From positions 14,645 through 78,644 of the IMG/VR virus record IMGVR_UViG_3300025326_000018: DNA of 64,000 nt. The stretch is one strand, 5' to 3'. Under the pieces are notes generated by a model that made no database searches, had not been told where the DNA came from, and saw only the letters and a list, made by a program, of their open reading frames with translations. The translations under genes and the position numbers were made by a program. The DNA comes from a virus. This document shows, in pieces, positions 57,205 to 64,000 of the stretch. The number at the start of each line of letters is the position of its first letter. Position 1 is the first letter of the stretch.

Positions 57205-57291
57205 CTCCGCGAATCTGGCTCAATCGCTCGCGGAAGCGGTATTGTCGGTATGGTAGCAGCGGCGAGCGCGACTCGCCAGTCATTCGCGGAG
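57205..57291. repeat. Intergenic inverted repeat containing a 26-bp element repeated at 18719-18744
   Basis: CTCCGCGAAT..ATTCGCGGAG arms; CCGCGAATCTGGCTCAATCGCTCGCG identical at both loci. Confidence 0.7.
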
Positions 57292-57305
57292 ATTCGTAGG
57301 GTCAT

Positions 57306-57842
57306 ATGGCTATTCAGCAAAAAGGATCACAGTTCGAGCGTGAGATTTGCGTCAAGATGTCTGAGTGGGTTACCGGTGGACAGAAGCAAGACGTCTTTTG
57401 GCGCAATTCCATGTCAGGCGGTCGAGCTACAGTATTCAAGAAGAAGGGTTCACTCTTTCGACAATCGGGAGACATCTGTGCGATAGCTCCAGAAGGTCAT
57501 GCCCTAACTGATACTTACTACTTCGAGCTGAAACACTATAAGAATCTAGATTTCGCACCCTTCCTAGTCAAGGGGAAGGGCGTGTTGACTGAATTCTGGC
57601 GTCGTACAATAGTCGAAGCCAATACGTACAGACTCATCCCAATCTTGATCGTGAAGCAGAATCGGATGCCAATCTTATGGATTTCGCAGATCGGGCAGAC
57701 ACCCTTGCACTGGACTCGGAATTCGCGCAGTTGGCGGCTTGAGGTCGTACATCGAAAATGTATGATCTATCGTTTTCAAGATATCATGGCCTCAGATTAC
57801 GTTGTTACGCCTAGGGCAAAGAATACGCGAATTAGGTTGTAG
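57306..57842 (+). CDS. Holliday junction resolvase (PD-(D/E)XK, Hjc-like)
   Basis: KGSQFEREIC, SGG, GDI, YFELKHY. Confidence 0.82.
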   Translation: MAIQQKGSQFEREICVKMSEWVTGGQKQDVFWRNSMSGGRATVFKKKGSLFRQSGDICAIAPEGHALTDTYYFELKHYKNLDFAPFLVKGKGVLTEFWRRTIVEANTYRLIPILIVKQNRMPILWISQIGQTPLHWTRNSRSWRLEVVHRKCMIYRFQDIMASDYVVTPRAKNTRIRL

Positions 57843-57894
57843 TAATTCGTATTCATATGTTATCGATATCAACCACCTAAGTTAGGAATTAGCT

Positions 57895-58473
57895 ATGAGA
57901 TACAGCACATCTATTGCGATTGCCAAGACCAACCTCGACTGTGCGATCTTCGATATTGATGGCGTACTTGCGGACTGTACGCATCGATTGCACTTTATTG
58001 ATCGCCCTACTCCTGATTGGGAAAGTTTCTTTTCTGCTGTTGATGGTGATACTCCGATTCACCACAACTTGAAGTTGATGCGCGCTTTATCGGATGCGGG
58101 AATTTATATCGCGCTACTTACGGGTCGTAATGAGCGTACGCGTACGTTGACTAATGCATGGTTTGCGGAGGCTCAGTGTAAGCTGGGTGAGGGCTACGAT
58201 GATTTGTTGATGCGGTTTGCCGGTGACTACCGACCCGATTACGTCATCAAGCGCGAGATGTTGAATGAGTTACGGGCCAAAGGTTTGAACGTCTTCATGG
58301 CTTTCGACGATCGCCAAATCGTGGTCGATATGTTTACCGAAGAGGGTGTGCCGTGTCATTTGATCAAGGCCCCCGATGCCAAGAAGATGGAGCTGGTGAA
58401 ACATTATGAAAAAGCTGCCGAAGGCTCCGGGGAAGCGAATCCTCCGGAAGCGGAAACACAAAGTTCTTGTTGA
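57895..58473 (+). CDS. HAD-family phosphatase (PNKP C-terminal-like)
   Basis: IFDIDGVLAD, LLTGR, LLMR..DYRPD..IK, AFDDR. Confidence 0.88.
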   Translation: MRYSTSIAIAKTNLDCAIFDIDGVLADCTHRLHFIDRPTPDWESFFSAVDGDTPIHHNLKLMRALSDAGIYIALLTGRNERTRTLTNAWFAEAQCKLGEGYDDLLMRFAGDYRPDYVIKREMLNELRAKGLNVFMAFDDRQIVVDMFTEEGVPCHLIKAPDAKKMELVKHYEKAAEGSGEANPPEAETQSSC

Positions 58474-58708
58474 TATCAGATTCGGTCAGCCCGTGACCGG
58501 TAGAACCGCAGTAGCACAGGTCCAGCGAATCCTGGACCTGTTTGTGGTTCAGGGACAACAGTTCGTAGTAGATCGTGCTGAAGCTCGTACTACTGACGGG
58601 ACGCGACGTCCGCAGATTTGTACTACATGCAGGCGAGACACACTGGCGCCCATGTTCGACGGCTGCATGACGAATAACTGTCCACGAGGATTTAAGCCGT
58701 GTATGTAG
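58406..58708 (+). CDS. Hypothetical protein
   Basis: Overlapping ORF; CTTC..C..C at the C-terminus. Confidence 0.4.
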   Translation: MKKLPKAPGKRILRKRKHKVLVDIRFGQPVTGRTAVAQVQRILDLFVVQGQQFVVDRAEARTTDGTRRPQICTTCRRDTLAPMFDGCMTNNCPRGFKPCM

Positions 58709-59031
58709 ATCCATTCGATAGATCCTGTAATGCCCTTGTCGCGTTGTTGGTTCCCTACTTGTCAAAGGCGAAAGATGTAGAAGCAGTTCGCCGCGATCGC
58801 TCGGACATTCGAGATGACATTGAGGCTCTACATGAGGAACCCTATCTATTCTGTCTGGAGGTGGGGATCAGGATGCTCGGCGAGTATCTAGATGCCATGG
58901 GAGGTCTACCTGTGATGATAGCAGCACGCGATTGTGCTCTCGATAGATTTAAGGTGACTAACATCCCTCCTAGGCTGATTACCGAAGTTCTTGATAGGAA
59001 ATGGGCTGGCATCGGAAAGTGGAGAGCATGA
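58699..59031 (+). CDS. Hypothetical protein
   Basis: VLDRKWAGIGKWRA end; ATGA overlap with the next gene. Confidence 0.55.
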   Translation: MYVDPFDRSCNALVALLVPYLSKAKDVEAVRRDRSDIRDDIEALHEEPYLFCLEVGIRMLGEYLDAMGGLPVMIAARDCALDRFKVTNIPPRLITEVLDRKWAGIGKWRA

Positions 59032-60038
59032 GCGTACTGATAACTGCTGATTTGCACTTCAGCGACAATCCTCGCGATGCCTATCGTTTTCTGATCACCC
59101 AGACCCTTATCAATTTAATCAATAAGTACGACGTCAAGCATCTGTTGATTCTCGGTGATTTGACTGAACAGAAAGATAACCACGGAGCCTGGCTTACCAA
59201 TAACATCGTGGCTGAGATGGTCGCTCTCGCCTCGTGGTGTCCGATTACAATTCTGCGTGGGAACCATGACGGTGTTGATCCCACGCTTCCCTTCTTTGGT
59301 TTTCTTAGAATCTTTTCCAACATCAGTTTTGTCGTCAATCCTTCTGAGAAAGAAATCCCCGGAATTGGTCAATGCCTGTTCCTTCCTCATTCGACAAACT
59401 ACAAAGAAGATTGGGGAATGATCAATCTGAAGGACACCAAGTACGATTACATCTTCGCGCACAATACATTCAAGGGAGCATCGGGTCAGCATCGAGAATT
59501 GGATGGTATCCCCACTGATATCTTCAACTCGTACACGAACGTCATCGCGGGTGATGTTCATGTCCCGCATACAATCGGCCCGATTACCTATACAGGATCT
59601 CCGTATCTGATCGACTTCGGCGATGACTTCCGTCCGCGTATGCTGCTCATTGATTCTGAGACACTCAAGCGAAAGAGCATCACCGTTCCTGGTCCTCAGA
59701 AGCGATTGGTAGAATGTAGTATTTCCAAAGGCAAGACCATCTGGCCGGAGCAGACTCTGAACGCAGGTGATATCCTTAAGGTTCGAGTTGCTGTGACCTC
59801 AGAGCAGTACGCTAGATGGGCGGCAATCAAGACAGAAATACAGCAATGGGGGCATACGCATGGATACATCATTTACGCGATACAGGCGGTTGCGGATAAA
59901 GCTGTGTCTCGAAAAGTAGACACAGTACAGCGATCGCGTTTGTCTGATGTAGAAGTACTGGAGTCGTATGGAAGTCAGCGCAACCTTGAATCCAGGTTGT
60001 TGGTTCGAGGTAAGAAACTCATGGAGAAGGTGAAGTAG
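59028..60038 (+). CDS. Metallophosphoesterase nuclease (SbcD/Mre11/gp47-like)
   Basis: TADLH, LGDL, GNHD, AHN, GDVH, YTGSP. Confidence 0.88.
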   Translation: MSVLITADLHFSDNPRDAYRFLITQTLINLINKYDVKHLLILGDLTEQKDNHGAWLTNNIVAEMVALASWCPITILRGNHDGVDPTLPFFGFLRIFSNISFVVNPSEKEIPGIGQCLFLPHSTNYKEDWGMINLKDTKYDYIFAHNTFKGASGQHRELDGIPTDIFNSYTNVIAGDVHVPHTIGPITYTGSPYLIDFGDDFRPRMLLIDSETLKRKSITVPGPQKRLVECSISKGKTIWPEQTLNAGDILKVRVAVTSEQYARWAAIKTEIQQWGHTHGYIIYAIQAVADKAVSRKVDTVQRSRLSDVEVLESYGSQRNLESRLLVRGKKLMEKVK

Positions 60039-60188
60039 GATGACTGCAAGAGATTTGGGCGAAAAGGAATTCGATGTATTGATTGACGAATTGATTGCAG
60101 AAGCAGAAACTGCCTCACTCATGCAACAGGCGGCTATTCACCTTCAGATTACCGATTTATATCGTGAGCGGTACGGAAGTAAGTAGTA

Positions 60189-62036
60189 ATGAAAATCCAG
60201 TTTCAACACATCGCGATCCGGAACTTTAGGAGCTTTGTTGGCAATACTCAGAACCTAGACCTTGCAGCTCTACCGCTAGGAGTATGTTTCCTTCGAGGTG
60301 AGAACGATGTCGAGGAAAGCCTCGGCGCAAATGGATCGGGGAAGACTTCTATCTGGAACGCCTTGTCGTGGTGTTTGTTCGGCAAGACACCTGATGGTCT
60401 GCGCAACCCTGATATCGCTCCATGGGGGTTGACGGCATCTCCTAAAGTTACTGTCGCGGTGAATGTTGATGATGTGCTCTACAAGATCAAGCGAACAGCG
60501 GCTCCAAATACGTTGCGCATCAACGATAAAGATGCGAACCAAGAAAAAGTAGAACGACTCATAGGACTCAACTTCGAGACGTTCACGCACACGGTTCTGT
60601 TCGGTCAGGACCGTGATTTGTTTTTTGATTTGTCCGCAAGCGACAAGCTCGGACTCTTCACTGATGCGCTCGATTTGAATAGGTGGGACGAGCGGTCCCA
60701 GCATGCTTCTACAGAAGTTCGTACTCTGGAGATGAAACAAGTAGCAGCCGACCGCGACCTTGTTGCCGCGAAAGCTCAGATTACTCGAACCAAGGAGTTG
60801 TTGGATCGAGCCCAGAAGGAATCTTCTGAGTTCGAGGAGAATCGTCTCGCGGACCTAGACAAGTTGAAAAGCGAGATAAAGAAGCTCGCAGCCGCAAATG
60901 ATTCCGCTGTCGCGAAGCGGGGAACGGCCACGCTTATCGAGGATGGTGCTCTTACTGAGAAGGATGCATTAGATAAGCAGTTCCGTGATCTGTACGACGA
61001 GCTGTTTAAACTTCGCGATAAACTTTCCACAGGCGAAGCACAAGTCGAACAGATTCGGCGACGCGTAGTCGAACTGAAGAAAGAAATTGATGGGTTGGGT
61101 GAGATGGATGACTGTCCTACGTGCGGTCAGTCGCTCGAAGGCACCTCGCTTCTAGAGCATAAGAAGAAGTTGAAAGCGAAGGTTCGCAAACTCATTCAGG
61201 ACTCGCACGATCTGGATCTCCAGACTCTTGAGAAGAAGTACAACGCGCAAGACAAGAAAGTTGAAAGAGTACGCCCAGCTCTAGAAGAAAAAGAAGCGAC
61301 TGCGAAGAAGGCTCGATCCGAGATCGATATGTGGGACATCCGTCTTCGTGAGATCCAGGTTAATCTACTTTCGAAGAAGCGCGAAGCTGCGCGACTGGAG
61401 GCTGACACCAATCCTTATCATGACCAGGTTGGTGGGTTCAAGAAGGATCTGAAGAAACAGAAGATGGTAGCCACCGACCTTGAACAGGAGATTGAGAAAC
61501 GAGCCGCACGACTTGAGCGCACCAAGTTCTGGATTAGAGGTTTCAAGGATGTGCGTCTATTTATCCTGCAGGAGATTCTTACTGAATTACAACTGGCGAC
61601 GAATTCAATGCTCGGTGACGTAGGTCTGCATGATTGGTCTATTGAGTACGATGTAGAGCAGGAGACGAAGTCGGGGACGACAAAGCGTGGTCTCGTTGTT
61701 AAGGTGCTCTCGCCGTATAATACAACACCAGTACGATGGGAATGCTGGTCTGGGGGAGAACGACAGCGCTTACGGCTTGTTGGGGCGATGGCGTTATCTG
61801 AGGTGCTGCTCTCATACGCCTCTGTATCTGTCAACCTAGAGATCTTCGATGAGCCTACGCGTAGTTTGTCCGAAGGTGGTGTGAGAGATTTGTGTGAGTT
61901 CTTACACACTCGGGCCCGTGATCTCCAGAAGCAGATTTGGTACACCGATCACCACACAACGGAGAGCTCATTGTTTTCTGCTGTTGTAACTGTGCGTAAA
62001 ACCGTTGACTGTGGATCACAAATTTTTACCACTTGA
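60189..62036 (+). CDS. SMC-like ATPase (SbcC/Rad50/gp46-like)
   Basis: IRNFRSF, GANGSGKT, CPTC zinc hook, SGGERQR, IFDEP, TDH. Confidence 0.9.
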   Translation: MKIQFQHIAIRNFRSFVGNTQNLDLAALPLGVCFLRGENDVEESLGANGSGKTSIWNALSWCLFGKTPDGLRNPDIAPWGLTASPKVTVAVNVDDVLYKIKRTAAPNTLRINDKDANQEKVERLIGLNFETFTHTVLFGQDRDLFFDLSASDKLGLFTDALDLNRWDERSQHASTEVRTLEMKQVAADRDLVAAKAQITRTKELLDRAQKESSEFEENRLADLDKLKSEIKKLAAANDSAVAKRGTATLIEDGALTEKDALDKQFRDLYDELFKLRDKLSTGEAQVEQIRRRVVELKKEIDGLGEMDDCPTCGQSLEGTSLLEHKKKLKAKVRKLIQDSHDLDLQTLEKKYNAQDKKVERVRPALEEKEATAKKARSEIDMWDIRLREIQVNLLSKKREAARLEADTNPYHDQVGGFKKDLKKQKMVATDLEQEIEKRAARLERTKFWIRGFKDVRLFILQEILTELQLATNSMLGDVGLHDWSIEYDVEQETKSGTTKRGLVVKVLSPYNTTPVRWECWSGGERQRLRLVGAMALSEVLLSYASVSVNLEIFDEPTRSLSEGGVRDLCEFLHTRARDLQKQIWYTDHHTTESSLFSAVVTVRKTVDCGSQIFTT

Positions 62037-62113
62037 CCTATGGTAAAATTGCCGCTAATCCTTGCGTTGGCTCTCGAAGGGAGAGTGGCAAAATCTTAGG
62101 AAGGAGAAAGTTT

Positions 62114-62356
62114 ATGATTATCGTACTCTGGCTTGCTGTCTCGATCCTGTGCGCCTTTGTTGCAGCGCAGAAGAATCGTAATGCATTTGTTTGGTTCCTG
62201 ATCGCGATCTTCCTTACGCCTATCCTGGCGTTGCTGGCGTTGTGTGCTGTTCCGGACGTGGATGTCGTCGCAGGTGTCGTTGCTGAACCCGTCATAGATG
62301 TTACGCCGTCGGATCGGCTTTCCCCGTATATGCAGGCCTTACTAAATCGCGGTTGA
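62114..62356 (+). CDS. Small two-TM membrane protein
   Basis: AAGGAG RBS; AAQKNRNAFVWFLIA..PILALL. Confidence 0.65.
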   Translation: MIIVLWLAVSILCAFVAAQKNRNAFVWFLIAIFLTPILALLALCAVPDVDVVAGVVAEPVIDVTPSDRLSPYMQALLNRG

Positions 62357-62531
62357 CTATTTAGTATTGCATCAAGTATAGTTACTATGAATACTTGTAG
62401 TTGTAGTTGTATATTCTAAGCATTTGTGTTTGTCGTAGACTTCATAAGTAGAATTTTGAACTTGACCTGTGGCTTATTTAAGTTCTATAAGAAATTGCAG
62501 TGCTTCGTCTATGTAGCGTTAGGAGACTCCG

Positions 62532-62912
62532 ATGGCGTTAGTGATGACGTATGATCCCGTTGACTCGCGTGCAATGATGTACCAAGCCAGCTTCCACTCG
62601 CGTATGTTGATGTCGTGTCTTCGCACGGTAATACTACAATCGTTCATGAGTGCCGCGAACGTCGTCCTCGGCGGCATCGATTCTACGGTTTATGCCACTC
62701 TGCAAATCTCCGATCGCGTTTATGATTTCTTTATGCGTCCGTCTGTGAAACACATTCGTCTGCCGGCGAGGTTGCAGTATCATCTGGCGATGATTTGGCG
62801 GTTCTGGCCGACGCTGGCTTCTCGATTTGTATTTGTGTTCTGCTGGTCATTCGTGTTTCAGTTCGCGTTTCAGTTCGCGTTTCAGTTCGCGCGCCTGGCC
62901 GGCTACATCTAG
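62532..62912 (+). CDS. Hypothetical protein with 12-bp triple repeat near its 3' end
   Basis: AGGAG RBS; GTTTCAGTTCGC x3 at 62855-62890. Confidence 0.35.
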   Translation: MALVMTYDPVDSRAMMYQASFHSRMLMSCLRTVILQSFMSAANVVLGGIDSTVYATLQISDRVYDFFMRPSVKHIRLPARLQYHLAMIWRFWPTLASRFVFVFCWSFVFQFAFQFAFQFARLAGYI

Positions 62913-62955
62913 TTTGTTCTGCGTATTGTTGAAACACTAAATAGTGGGGGATTGT

Positions 62956-63228
62956 ATGAAGCTGTTTTCCGTCGCCTTCCTTGTCCTGTTTCCGTTGGCG
63001 ACGATGGTCACCGCTGAGGTACTCGAACCTTTTGAGTATTGCGAGTGTGAGTCAGAGGGCCAGCTCCCCTTGACTACTATCGTCGGTGACAAGAAAGCTC
63101 GTGATGCTGCTCTGCGTCCTGGCGACTGCGATGAAGATGATTTGCTGCGTCCGCAGTATGCTTCTGGCGTAGAACACGTCGAGCCTCGGGGTTGGGATTG
63201 TAAACGGGAAGAGGATATAGAACAGTAG
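62956..63228 (+). CDS. Exported Cys-containing hypothetical protein
   Basis: Signal peptide MKLFSVAFLVLFPLATMVTA; GGGG RBS. Confidence 0.55.
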   Translation: MKLFSVAFLVLFPLATMVTAEVLEPFEYCECESEGQLPLTTIVGDKKARDAALRPGDCDEDDLLRPQYASGVEHVEPRGWDCKREEDIEQ

Positions 63229-63283
63229 ACTACGGAGGTGGGGTGGTCCTACTTCTGAAATAATCTGGGAATTGGGGAATACA

Positions 63284-64000
63284 ATGAGATACGTTCTACG
63301 TGCAGCCATCGTTCTATCGATGGGTATGTTCATTCCACACGGGGCCTCGGCCGCTGACATTACCTCGAAGTCGAGATACGAAGCACCGCTGTCGGCCTAT
63401 GCGGTCGAACCCGCTACCAAGAGCTGGACTGGTTTCTACATCGGTGTCGAGGCGGGCGGTGGCGCCGGCATCTTTGAAGCGATTCGCAATGTCGAGAACG
63501 GCGTCGACTATCAGAAGTTTGACGGCGAGGTGGCTGTCGGCGATCCCATCCGTGTGCTGACTGACTCGCGCCAGGACAAACTCGATCTCGGCCTCGAAGG
63601 ATTCTTCGGCGGCGGCAACATCGGAGCTAAACAACAGCTTGGCTCGACTTTCGTCATCGGCGTCGATGCCTACTTCGACTTCGGCAAGTTCAAGGGATCC
63701 GACTCTTACAGCCGGCAGGTTGTGCTGAATACATCGAACTTCGGATTCGAAGATGATTTTCAGCTCGGCGAAGAGCGTGGCACTCTGTCGGTCGAGCGGG
63801 AGTGGAGCGCTGGCGTTGACTTTACGCCCGGCGCCCTTGTTACTCCGAACACGCTGGTCTATGGCATCATCGGCGCCAACTGGGGTCGGTTCAATGCCAA
63901 AGGCAATTCTGATCTGACGTTGATCGAAGGCATCATTCAGCCGTATCCGGGGTCGTCTTTCAATAAGGATGAGACGCTGGTCGGCCTAGAACATTCTTGT
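63284..64000 (+). CDS. Outer-membrane beta-barrel of Omp25/Omp31/RopB type (3'-truncated; not in ORF track)
   Basis: MRYVLRAAIVLSMGMFIPHGASAAD..SWTGFYIGVEAGGG..FFGGGNIG..FVIGVDA..TLVYGIIG; open to the window end. Confidence 0.85.
   Translation, partial: MRYVLRAAIVLSMGMFIPHGASAADITSKSRYEAPLSAYAVEPATKSWTGFYIGVEAGGGAGIFEAIRNVENGVDYQKFDGEVAVGDPIRVLTDSRQDKLDLGLEGFFGGGNIGAKQQLGSTFVIGVDAYFDFGKFKGSDSYSRQVVLNTSNFGFEDDFQLGEERGTLSVEREWSAGVDFTPGALVTPNTLVYGIIGANWGRFNAKGNSDLTLIEGIIQPYPGSSFNKDETLVGLEHSC

Noticed and set aside
62855-62890. 12-bp tandem repeat (GTTTCAGTTCGC x3) as a contingency locus
   Set aside because: Only three in-frame copies in a doubtful ORF; unit changes would not shift the frame.
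1-64000. tRNA/rRNA genes, inteins or group I/II introns
   Set aside because: I recognised no cloverleaf or T-loop patterns; nrdJ, dnaB, polA and recA are uninterrupted and of normal length. A tRNAscan-SE run would confirm.

Overview
This window is part of a large tailed dsDNA phage genome, probably siphovirus-like. The host is most likely an alphaproteobacterium of the Rhizobiales/Hyphomicrobiales, inferred from an Omp25/RopB-like gene and the promoter style. Layout: tail morphogenesis (1-10.2 kb); holins, class II ribonucleotide reductase and spanins (10.4-13.2 kb); a leftward cluster of small early genes (13.3-18.5 kb); a ~1.1 kb non-coding divergence; then rightward replication, recombination and nucleotide-metabolism genes, interrupted by an island of promoter-gene-terminator early modules (33.8-42.7 kb). 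Replication and recombination genes include DnaB, SNF2 helicase, primase, clamp, clamp loader, UDG-fused PolA, SSB, RecA, resolvase and SbcCD. The main find is a TIGR-Tas-like RNA-guided locus. A nuclease-less Nop/IS110-RBD-like protein (23074-23979) is flanked by two arrays with 36-nt periodicity (44 units upstream, 11 downstream), each unit being two alternating 9-nt repeats and two ~9-nt spacers. Also found: three type II hammerhead-like ribozymes in tandem intergenic positions (35.4-36.4 kb), a 7-deazaguanine DNA-modification gene set (folE, queD, queE, queC, dpdA-like), and a phage-encoded outer-membrane beta-barrel at the right edge. All calls come from reading motifs by eye; no database searches were run.
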